32,000 nt of DNA from Massilicoli timonensis (GCF_900199515.1 NZ_LT963434.1:2012180-2044179), one strand, 5' to 3'; counted from the first letter of the stretch, positions 15,836-24,357 are shown. Notes: a model not told the origin generated them from the sequence alone. Program-made: numbers and translations.

Positions 15836-16692
15836 ATGAATATAAAGACAGTACAAGATTTACTTAATATTTTATCAGATATAAAGCAAAATTATGGAGA
15901 AAAAAGTGAGTATGGAGGAGTCACTCCAAGTGTTAATGGATCACTCCATCCAGATGCTGATTTTGTTTTTCGCGGATTAAGTAATAAAGATTTTAAATTG
16001 ATTCCCAAAATTTTTAGAAATGGGTATAATTTATTATCATATGATGAACCATTAGAAAGATTCAAAAAAGAAGCAAATAGTTATCTATATTCAAAGTGCG
16101 GAGATGATAAATTATTATGGATGCAATATGCACAACATTTTGGTGTTCCAACTCGTCTACTTGATTTTTCTTCTAACCCATTAGTAGCTTTATATTTTGC
16201 ATGTAATGGAGATGAAAGTGTTGACGGTTCTCTCTGGATTATAAATGAATTTAGATTTAATTGCCATACTTCTTTTGAATATTGTAAGGCAGAAGGAAAG
16301 GGGAGGGATCGAGAAATAGACATACTTCATGACTATTTAGAACAAAGTTCAGAGGATGAGTATAATAAAAATAAGAAAGGTGAACTTCCAATAATTTTTT
16401 TCCAAATTATATAGATGATAGAATGAATGCACAATCTAGTAGAATGATGTTATGGCCAATGCATTATAAAGCACTTAACGACTTCATGGATAATGATAGT
16501 TATATGAATCCATCTACAAAAGAAGAGGAATATTCTAATAAGAGGTATGCATTTGAAATAATTATTCCAAAGGAAGAAAAAGATAATATTTTATCTCAAC
16601 TTGATCTTCTAGGAGTAAATGAAAAATCAATATTTCCTGGTTTAGATTCTATTGGAAGGTATACAGATTTTATTTTCAGAAATCAGAAGTAA
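15836..16692 (+). pseudogene. FRG-domain protein, broken by a frameshift in a T7 run
   Basis: 'FVFRGLSNKDFKLIPKIFR' is the FRG motif. ORF 15836-16414 and ORF 16423-16692 join as ..PIIFFPNYIDDRMNAQSSRMMLWP.. if the T-run 16395-16401 had 8 T. Confidence 0.7.
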
Positions 16693-16768
16693 GAAATTAC
16701 GATTTAGTGGTTTATATGAAAATAGAAAATAATGATAGTTGGTTAAATTTTATGAAAGGAAGTATATA

Positions 16769-17072
16769 ATGAAAAATATTAATTATATTATTAGTGATAT
16801 TCATATGTTCATGCACAAATGGTAAAAATGAGCATTTAAATAATACAGAAGATAAAAAAGAAGAAGTATCTTATGAAGAAAAGATATTAGGAACTTGGAT
16901 TTTCTATTGTAAGGATCCAGGTTTAAATTATGGAAATATATTTTCTAAAGATGGTGCAGTAAATTACTTTAATAAAAAAGGGGAAGACTTGTTTGGAAAA
17001 TATACAATTGATGAAAATATGATTGTTATTGATGATGTAGTAATTAATTTATTGGAAATAATCTTGAAATGA
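16769..17072 (+). pseudogene. putative lipoprotein whose start is out of frame at an A5 run
   Basis: AAAGGAAG lies 7 nt before ATG 16769. With one A fewer in 16772-16776 it reads MKILIILLVIFICSCTNGK.. (signal peptide + lipobox Cys). As sequenced, only GTG 16794 opens the frame. Confidence 0.45.
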
Positions 17073-17473
17073 CATATAACGGGTCTACAGTAGCATTAGT
17101 ACGGGGCCAAAAGAATGAAATAATTAGGAATAATAGTAACAATGAAAGTGAACAATTTCAATCAACAAAAGGATTTAATATTGAAAATGAAAAAGTAGTT
17201 ACTGATAAAAATATACTCGCAAGATGTTGGACTGTAGCAATCAAAGAAGTTAAAAGTAATTTAAAGTCACCATCTTCTGCTAAATTTCCATTTTCAGCTA
17301 TAAGCAATGGAGTCGAGATTTTACAAGATCGTAACTATTATTGTGTTCATGGTTGGGTAGAAACTGATAATTCTTTTGGTGCAAAAATTAAAAGCGAATT
17401 TATTGTGTTGATTGACTTAGTACAGATAGAGAGGGATTTATGGAAAAAGAAGGTAAAGTATTTGAACAAGTAA
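17069..17473 (+). CDS. hypothetical secreted/lipoprotein-type domain protein
   Basis: ATGA overlap with the previous ORF. '..LKSPSSAKFP..VHGWVETDNSFGAKIKSEFIV' resembles a common small lipoprotein domain. Its frame is open back to 17048, so it may be the 3' part of the previous gene. Confidence 0.5.
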   Translation: MTYNGSTVALVRGQKNEIIRNNSNNESEQFQSTKGFNIENEKVVTDKNILARCWTVAIKEVKSNLKSPSSAKFPFSAISNGVEILQDRNYYCVHGWVETDNSFGAKIKSEFIVLIDLVQIERDLWKKKVKYLNK

Positions 17474-18165
17474 ATGTTAATAATTGGTGGTATATAAGTA
17501 TACTTATTATCTGTATAGCATCTATGATTTATGGCATCCAAAATGGAAATAAGATATTAGAAAATTTAGGATATGGTGGAATTGCTTCCACTGTAGTAGC
17601 TTGGTGGTTAGATTTCGTTAGTGTAAAACAGAAAAATAAGGAACTAAAAATTGCTCGGTGTTTTTTGTATAATGAATTAGTTAGTTTGATAACATTTGAT
17701 TTTATTGGTATTGCACAATTTTGTAAGATTTATTTTCTAGAAAGTATAGATCTATCAAGTGACTCACATACTTTCAAAGAATGGCTAAATATATTAGATT
17801 CAGAATTTCATAAACTAGAGAATAAAAATAGTTATTTGAGTGATTTTCAAAGTAGAACTAAAAGTAAAGCAGAAATAGTGCTTAAATATTTGAATAAAAT
17901 TGAGGATGACAGATTTTATTTATATAGAGAACAAATGCTAAACGCTGACCTATGGAGTAAATTGAGAGATATTCAATTTACATATTATGTATTAGCTACT
18001 CGAAACATTGATGATAATTATATTGAATATGTTATAACAGCTTACAAAGATCTATGCAGATATCTCGAAGAAATAGGATTTTTAAAATGGATAACTAAAA
18101 AACGTTTCCAAGCAACGTATAATGAATGTCTTAAAGTTGGTGAAGATTTTAGTAGATGTTTTTAA
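17440..18165 (+). CDS. membrane protein (2 N-terminal TM helices + soluble C-terminal domain), function unknown
   Basis: 'WWYISILIICIASMIYGI' and 'GGIASTVVAWWLDFV' are hydrophobic segments. GAGAGGGA lies upstream of ATG 17440. Confidence 0.6.
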   Translation: MEKEGKVFEQVNVNNWWYISILIICIASMIYGIQNGNKILENLGYGGIASTVVAWWLDFVSVKQKNKELKIARCFLYNELVSLITFDFIGIAQFCKIYFLESIDLSSDSHTFKEWLNILDSEFHKLENKNSYLSDFQSRTKSKAEIVLKYLNKIEDDRFYLYREQMLNADLWSKLRDIQFTYYVLATRNIDDNYIEYVITAYKDLCRYLEEIGFLKWITKKRFQATYNECLKVGEDFSRCF

Positions 18166-18225
18166 AGGTTTTGTAAGAGATTTTGAGATTTATAATCTAA
18201 AGTGGAATTAAAGAAGGAGTATTTT

Positions 18226-18582
18226 ATGAGTTTTATTATTGGTATTTGTTATGACGATCAAGCTATTTTAGCAACAGACAGAAGAGTAACAGAAAGATCA
18301 GAAATTATTGATGAGAATTACAAGAAATTAGGTGTTATCAATTTAATAAGTGGATTAACATATGTGGGATATGGTGGAAATAAAGATTTAGCAAATAGTA
18401 TAATGCGTTTACTAAAGAATGTTAATCCATTTCACTTAGGGGCAATTGAAAATTGTATTAAACAAGTTAAACCTTTATTAGATAAAATATTATCAAGCCA
18501 AAATATAAAAGGAATATCGAATAAATTTATTTATAAAAATAATTTACTTATATGTTTATTAAGTTATCAATTTCGTTTATAA
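18226..18582 (+). CDS. short Ntn-hydrolase / proteasome-beta(HslV)-like protein
   Basis: AAGGAGT lies 6 nt before ATG 18226. 'MSFIIGICYDDQAILATDRRVT..KKLGVIN..GYGGNKDLANSI' parallels 'TTIvgikyddgvvlAaDrRaT..Ki..i..aGaaaD'. At about 118 aa it is too short for a full fold. Confidence 0.4.
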   Translation: MSFIIGICYDDQAILATDRRVTERSEIIDENYKKLGVINLISGLTYVGYGGNKDLANSIMRLLKNVNPFHLGAIENCIKQVKPLLDKILSSQNIKGISNKFIYKNNLLICLLSYQFRL

Positions 18583-18623
18583 TAGTGAATATGAAAGGAC
18601 ATATATACGAAGAGGTGAAAGAT

Positions 18624-18848
18624 ATGTACTTTGCAGAATATATGAAAAAGTTGCGCAAAGATAAGTTATTAACACAATCTGAGATGGCTGATATATTAGG
18701 AATTAGTTCTCAAGCTATCAAGATGATTGAGAATGGATCAATAAAATTTCCTAGTAAAGCGGTGCTAGACAAATTATCAGACTATCTAGATAAGTTTCTA
18801 GTTGCTGTTGCTTCGGCTATTATCTTTGGGGAAGATGATCATAAATAA
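18624..18848 (+). CDS. XRE-family HTH protein
   Basis: GAGGTGA lies upstream of ATG 18624. 'LRKDKLLTQSEMADILGISSQAIKMIENG'. Confidence 0.75.
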   Translation: MYFAEYMKKLRKDKLLTQSEMADILGISSQAIKMIENGSIKFPSKAVLDKLSDYLDKFLVAVASAIIFGEDDHK

Positions 18849-18863
18849 GATGAACAAGGATAT

Positions 18864-19301
18864 TTGTCATGTCGCTACTTATCATATAAATATATTAATG
18901 GGTGGAATTTAGATGAGGTTCCAATTGAATTGCAGTATAGAACTGAATCAGTTTTATTTTCTGGAAAGATATCTAAGAGAAGAGAGCCAAAGAACACATC
19001 AATCATTATTGAATTCAGTGAATTTGTAGGATCAGATGCTGTTGATTTATCGGTTGAGGGTGCATATGATATATTGGCTACTATTATGACTATCGTTGCT
19101 CAAAATGAAGAGTCATTTAGAAGAGTAGAGGTATTATTTGATATTAATGATTATCATGATATTAATCCTTTTGATATGTTAGAAAACTTAAAGATATATA
19201 GATTACCAACAGATTTGGTTATAGTTTTATTTGACCCAAATACAGGAGCACTTTGCGATGAAGTAGATATGGGAAAAGGAATAAATATCTATAGAAAATA
19301 A
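18864..19301 (+). CDS. hypothetical protein, in the same frame as the preceding HTH ORF (separated by one TAA)
   Basis: 145-aa ORF with only a TTG start and no convincing RBS. 18846 (TAA) and 18864 are in frame. Confidence 0.45.
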   Translation: MSCRYLSYKYINGWNLDEVPIELQYRTESVLFSGKISKRREPKNTSIIIEFSEFVGSDAVDLSVEGAYDILATIMTIVAQNEESFRRVEVLFDINDYHDINPFDMLENLKIYRLPTDLVIVLFDPNTGALCDEVDMGKGINIYRK

Positions 19302-19361
19302 TCTTTATACAAGTACTAAATGAAGGGTAGAAGATAGTATGGTAAAAAGGAGGAGTTGTTA

Positions 19362-19811
19362 TTGAAAGCAACTGATGAAAAAATAGAAATCATTTTGTCT
19401 CAGTGGCAAACTTGTGTTGAAATGGCAAATTCTGTTAGTCAACGTAGAGATACAATGAACAATATTTTTATAACATTGAATTTAGCTATTGTTACAGCCA
19501 TTTCAATAAGCTGGGATATTAAGTCGTTATTTATTCTTATTGCTGGAATAGTTATTAGCGTTATTTGGTTATTGTTTATTAGAAACTATAAGATGCTTAA
19601 TACAGAAAAATTTAATGTTATCAATGATATTGAAAAGAAATTACCGGTTAAACCTTTCAATGACGAGTGGAACAAGTTAAAAGACAATAAGAAATATAAG
19701 GATAGCACTAAATTGGAGAAAACACTTCCTGTAATGTTTACTGTATTATATATTATTGCTATTGGTACTATTTTAATTATCAAATTTTTCACACAAGGAG
19801 GAACAGTATGA
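19362..19811 (+). CDS. small 3-TM membrane protein (SLATT-like effector candidate)
   Basis: AAGGAGGAG at 19347-19355, TTG 19362. Hydrophobic segments IFITLNLAIVTAISISW, LFILIAGIVISVIWLLFI and LPVMFTVLYIIAIGTILII. Confidence 0.65.
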   Translation: MKATDEKIEIILSQWQTCVEMANSVSQRRDTMNNIFITLNLAIVTAISISWDIKSLFILIAGIVISVIWLLFIRNYKMLNTEKFNVINDIEKKLPVKPFNDEWNKLKDNKKYKDSTKLEKTLPVMFTVLYIIAIGTILIIKFFTQGGTV

Positions 19812-20203
19812 CATATAATATTTTTATCAGCCATTCATGGACTTATGGAGATGCCTATGATAAGTTAACTAATATGCTTAGAGCTAAACCTTATTTTGAT
19901 TATCGTGATTATTCTGTACCTAAGAATGATCCAATTCACAACGCTCCTTATGCATACCAATTAAAAGAAGCTATTAGAAAACAAATGCAACCTGCTAGTT
20001 GCGTTTTAATCATGGCAGGAGTTTATTCAACTTATAGTAAATGGATAAATATTGAAATAGAACTAGCAAGAAGCATGAATAAAAAAATAATAGCAATTGA
20101 ACCATGGGGGTCTGAAAGAATATCAACTGTTGTAAAAAATGAAGCAGATAGAATTGTGAAATGGAACACAGATTCAATAGTAAATGCAATTAGAGGATAT
20201 TAA
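19808..20203 (+). CDS. TIR-like domain protein (DUF1863 / ThsB-type, about 131 aa)
   Basis: 'YNIFISHSW', 'ASCVLIMAGVYSTYSKWINIEIELA' (Glu at the TIR catalytic position) and 'KIIAIEPWG'. ATGA overlap with the upstream gene. Confidence 0.7.
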   Translation: MTYNIFISHSWTYGDAYDKLTNMLRAKPYFDYRDYSVPKNDPIHNAPYAYQLKEAIRKQMQPASCVLIMAGVYSTYSKWINIEIELARSMNKKIIAIEPWGSERISTVVKNEADRIVKWNTDSIVNAIRGY

Positions 20204-20332
20204 TTGAATATAAAAAAACGACTAAACAGAAGGATTTTACTCATGTACGGTCGTTATTCCAAACGATTTGAATTGTTTTGGCAATGCAAAAGTAAGCAAC
20301 GTGTAACAATATGAGAGAGAAGGAGGGATACT

Positions 20333-21100
20333 GTGGGGAGAAAAGGAAGATATTATGGAAGAGGTAAAAATAGATATTATAGAAATTCATATGGGGTTAA
20401 ATATGGTGAAAAAAATTATGGATTGGCAGAAATAGGAATAGGATATTTCATTCTAATAACTATGGTAGTAGCGATACCTATTGCGCTTGCTTATTACTTA
20501 TTAAAAACAATATTATTATTATTTATACCGATACTTTTTATAGGACTAATCTTATTTATAAGAAAGTTTGATATAAGGACTATATCAACTGTTAGCATTT
20601 CTTCTAACTTTCATAAATTTTTTTTAATTATAGATATTATGTTACATAAATATGCTCCATCAATTGTGCTTACGATATTATCTATCTTGTATATTATTTA
20701 CGGTTACAAGAAATTAATTGCTAATTTATTAATTTACTATTCAGAAATGAAATCTGTTTATGTGATGAAATTAATAATGTTATTTGATTATTCGTCTGTT
20801 GATTTCGAATTAATAAAAATATTTTTATTTCATATAATTTATATTTTGATATTTCTATTTTTAACTTTTCTTTTTTTGATATCTGTTTTGATTATAGGTC
20901 GACAAACTTTTAGGTTTTTTTCAATCGAAAATAACTTATTATGCTATATCACAAAGCCTGTATGTACGCGTATCATCAAAATTATTAATCTAATTGTATT
21001 TATCATATTGATATTAAATTATCCTATAGGGATTTTAACAGGTAGATATATTTTTTTTGATGATTTAGTGGGCAATCTTATAAATTATATATTATGGTAG
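20333..21100 (+). CDS. polytopic membrane protein with an Arg/Gly/Tyr-rich N-terminus
   Basis: GAAGGAGGG RBS and GTG 20333. 'GRKGRYYGRGKNRYYRNSYG' followed by at least 6 hydrophobic segments. Confidence 0.6.
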   Translation: MGRKGRYYGRGKNRYYRNSYGVKYGEKNYGLAEIGIGYFILITMVVAIPIALAYYLLKTILLLFIPILFIGLILFIRKFDIRTISTVSISSNFHKFFLIIDIMLHKYAPSIVLTILSILYIIYGYKKLIANLLIYYSEMKSVYVMKLIMLFDYSSVDFELIKIFLFHIIYILIFLFLTFLFLISVLIIGRQTFRFFSIENNLLCYITKPVCTRIIKIINLIVFIILILNYPIGILTGRYIFFDDLVGNLINYILW

Positions 21101-21109
21101 GGAGAACGT

Positions 21110-22120
21110 ATGGAAAAATTAGAACTTTCGAAAAATGGTTATATTTGTTTAGATGATAACGATATAATTGATATTATGTATGAGAAAAAATATCAGATAC
21201 CAGTCTCTGAAATTAGAAATATTGAAATAATTAATGGTTTACTCACTAATAAAATCATGATTATAGAAACAAATAGTCAAAAATTAAAAATTAATTTGTT
21301 AATGTATAATTTAGCTGAAATCATTACATTAGTTAATTTTATTAGAAGTAAATTAAGTCAACCTGAGATAAAAATTAGCACCGAAAAAAATGGAATAACA
21401 GATCGAATGAATTTAATTATATATAGTAAAAATTTAAAAATAAATAAAATGATTAGTTATATAATATCGATATCAGTGCTTATTATCCTTGTATTTGGTG
21501 GTTTCTTTGTAAGGATAATAAAGGAAAAAAATGATATAAAACTATACTCAGATAATTCAATAGAAAATAAAGTGGAATCTTTATTTAAAAATTATGTTGG
21601 AAAAGAAGGAATGGTTGAACTACAAGAAAATAACATTTCTGATGATATAGGGATAATTTCCATAACTTCTTCATATTCTTCCGAAGATTATCCAAATATC
21701 TACGAATTTATTAAAGAAACAGATAAGTTAAATACGAATTACATTGGTTTTATTTATAAGTTAAATGACCAATATATAGATATCAAAGGATACGATCTTG
21801 AAATTAATGATAAGATTGTATGGAATGATAGCAATGAATCACAAAAAATAGTAGAATATAATTCAAATAATACATACGGTGAGATTATTGAAATAAAAAA
21901 TAAGTATGGAAGTCCATTAGGGTATAAAATAAAGGAATATTATACAGGAAATGAAATAATTGTTGAAGATAAAACAATAGAACAAGGATTAGATTATGAA
22001 TATAAATTTAAAATCGGCGATTTTGTTGAAGTTTATGGATACGTAAATAATAACTACTATATACCTGATGCATATATTACATCATTTCCAAAAGAATTTT
22101 TGGAAAATGAAAAAGAATAG
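21110..22120 (+). CDS. PH-like N-terminal domain + single-TM + C-terminal domain protein
   Basis: GGGAGAA RBS. 'IPVSEIRNIEIINGLLTNKIMIIETNSQKLKINL' is bacterial-PH-like. TM segment 'MISYIISISVLIILVFGGFFV'. Confidence 0.55.
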   Translation: MEKLELSKNGYICLDDNDIIDIMYEKKYQIPVSEIRNIEIINGLLTNKIMIIETNSQKLKINLLMYNLAEIITLVNFIRSKLSQPEIKISTEKNGITDRMNLIIYSKNLKINKMISYIISISVLIILVFGGFFVRIIKEKNDIKLYSDNSIENKVESLFKNYVGKEGMVELQENNISDDIGIISITSSYSSEDYPNIYEFIKETDKLNTNYIGFIYKLNDQYIDIKGYDLEINDKIVWNDSNESQKIVEYNSNNTYGEIIEIKNKYGSPLGYKIKEYYTGNEIIVEDKTIEQGLDYEYKFKIGDFVEVYGYVNNNYYIPDAYITSFPKEFLENEKE

Positions 22121-22133
22121 TTGCATGAGAATT

Positions 22134-22170
22134 AAAAGAAACCATTGATAGGTTTTGATGTTTCTTTTTT
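22134..22170 (+). terminator. rho-independent terminator
   Basis: AAAAGAAAC..17 nt..GTTTCTTTT plus T-run. Confidence 0.55.
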
Positions 22171-22707
22171 ATGTTTACAATAATTATAAAAGCAGATTTT
22201 GAAACATTGGGAAAAATTTCAGAAAAATTAGATGAACTAAAATCGTTTCAACACAAAGAGTTTATGATTAACAAATTATATTTACAAAGATTTACAAGAA
22301 ATGAATTTGTGGAAAGTTTAGGAGTTCCAGTTTGCCCATACTGTAATAGAAATTTTGTGAATTCTGCTAAAAAAAGAACAATGTGCGATTTAGATCATTT
22401 TTATAATAAAGACGAATATCCTTTATTGGCAGTTTCTTTTTACAATCTTGTTCCAGTTTGCCATTCATGTAATCATGCTAAAGGAACAAAAAATATTGAT
22501 TACTCTCCACATGATAAAAAGTATAAAACAAATGATTTAGTAAATTTTGATTTTTATTTAAGAAGCATGAATTTTTTATATAATTCTAAAGATATAGGAG
22601 TAGAAATTGAAGAATCTAAACAATTTGTAAGAAATATAAAAGTACTTAAATTATCTGAAGTATATCAAATACATTCTGATATAGTTCAGGATTGTATAAA
22701 AAGGTAA
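22171..22707 (+). pseudogene. HNH-type nuclease (PtuB/retron-HNH-like Cys/His motif) remnant, 3'-truncated at the IS end
   Basis: 'CPYCNRNF..DLDHFYNKDEYPLLAVSFYNLVPVCHSCNHAKG'. There is no RBS (ATG abuts the terminator T-run). Stop TAA 22705-22707 lies in the first bases of the IS. Confidence 0.55.
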
Positions 22708-24357
22708 TGTAAACTGGAGCGTGGTTTTGGGAAATGACGCTATAAACTAGTGCGTTGGTAATAAGAAGAAAAGCAAATGAAAAATAAGATAAAAAATCTT
22801 ATAAAAACATTTGCTTTTTATATGTCGAGAATATAGGTAAGATGATTATAATAAATGATTTTTCTTAGAATTTTTATCAGACTTTAAGTGATCATTGATA
22901 GAATAAAAAACTTTTTTATTAAGAGCTAAAAGACATCTTTTTCTAAATCTAGTGAAATTAGTAACACCATTAGAAACCGCCAGATAAGTACGTATCTGAC
23001 CATTGATGTTTTCAGAAAGAGAGTTACTAAGCTTTCTATTATCAAAAGGCTTTTTGAATGAATTGAGTATTTCAATTTTCCAATTGTTAAGGAGAATAAT
23101 AAACTCATGATATTCAGGAATCTGTGCCTCTATAAAAGCCTCATAAATAGAATTAAACCATTGTTCACAATTTTCTTCAGTTGCTTTCTGATTAAAGAGT
23201 AAATACATCTCTTTCAAACGATATGCAAGAGCTAAGTTTTCACTAATATCCAATATCATATCAAGCAGATCTCTTTTGTTCAACTTTCTATTAAATCGTT
23301 TATTGTAGAGAGGTTTATTATCTAAATAAACATCTTTCTCAATCAAATCTTTCCAAGTTTTTAAGAGATAATAACTATTACTATTGTATTCCACTTGATA
23401 AAGGATATTAAGACGAATGCGAGTGAAACAATCCATGAGGTGTTTTACAACATGGAAAGGATCAACAGCGATAATAGCGTTCCTTAAATAAGTAGCAGCG
23501 ATATCTTTATAAGGCAACCACATATCAATCGTTACGTATTTCACGTTATTTCTCTCTGCAAGAGGTATTTTATCGAAATAGCGTTTTAATTCAGCCTTAG
23601 AACGAGAAGGAAGAATTTCAAATAAGGATCTATTTACATTATCTACCATAATGCATAAATAAGCAGAATCTCTACGATTTGCCATCTTAGAATGGATTTC
23701 ATCGATACCAATTGATTCAGGAAGATGAATTCTAGGGATATTGACAAAGCTGTCAAAGTAACGCTGTACTTGCGTAATGGAGATGTGATTGAGTTGAGCT
23801 ACCATAGAATAAGTATAGTTGAGATTGGAAAGAGATTTCATAATGTTATTCAAAGCGAGGTAAGAGTTTTTGAAGGTAGAGAAAGTAAAAGGATTCTTAC
23901 CAGAGAAAGTACGAAGACATTCGTTGCATTGATAACGATTATTTTTGAAAACGATGACACACTTACGATCAGTAAGTTTAGGGTGATTGATATATTTAGG
24001 ACGATGATAACCATTGGAGTGGGAAATACCACTACAGTAAGAACAAGGTGGATTAGTGGGTTTAAGAGTAATAAAAAGTTGGGTTAGATCAGGAGAAGAT
24101 TTGATATCAAAAAATTGAATCAAATTTTTGTCGATATTGAATAGATCTGTGATAAAATCATACATAGGTTGATACCTCCTTCGTGTTAAAGTTTCTCGGC
24201 AAAGAAAAAGTAACATGAAGGTTATTTTTTTTCATAGTAAAAGTGGACACCCACGCAAGGTGTTAAAGGGTATCCACGCATGAAGTTAAATAGGTTTGAA
24301 AATAGCCACGCAAAGAGTTAAAGGTCCTCCACATCCACGCACCAATTTAAAGCGCCC
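22703..24357 (-). mobile_element. ISL3-family insertion sequence (ends approximate)
   Basis: Imperfect terminal IRs: left ..GTAAACTGGAGCGTGG, right (reverse complement) ..TTAAATTGGTGCGTGG. Subterminal CCACGCA-N5-6-TTAAA repeats at 24251, 24274, 24306 and 24335. Single transposase gene. Confidence 0.7.
22846..24165 (-). CDS. ISL3-family transposase
   Basis: AGGAGGTA RBS before ATG 24165. N-terminal Zn-finger pattern 'CSYCSG..H..' and 'YQCNEC', then a DDE region ('GIDEI', 'VTIDMW', 'VDPFHVVKH'). Confidence 0.8.
   Translation of the reverse strand: MYDFITDLFNIDKNLIQFFDIKSSPDLTQLFITLKPTNPPCSYCSGISHSNGYHRPKYINHPKLTDRKCVIVFKNNRYQCNECLRTFSGKNPFTFSTFKNSYLALNNIMKSLSNLNYTYSMVAQLNHISITQVQRYFDSFVNIPRIHLPESIGIDEIHSKMANRRDSAYLCIMVDNVNRSLFEILPSRSKAELKRYFDKIPLAERNNVKYVTIDMWLPYKDIAATYLRNAIIAVDPFHVVKHLMDCFTRIRLNILYQVEYNSNSYYLLKTWKDLIEKDVYLDNKPLYNKRFNRKLNKRDLLDMILDISENLALAYRLKEMYLLFNQKATEENCEQWFNSIYEAFIEAQIPEYHEFIILLNNWKIEILNSFKKPFDNRKLSNSLSENINGQIRTYLAVSNGVTNFTRFRKRCLLALNKKVFYSINDHLKSDKNSKKNHLL

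Noticed and set aside
16081-24087. Antisense ORFs in the island and IS (16081-16323, 17347-17541, 19586-19834, 22926-23108, 23725-24087, 23850-24032).
   Set aside because: They are embedded opposite better-supported genes (FRG, membrane protein, transposase) and have no independent signals.
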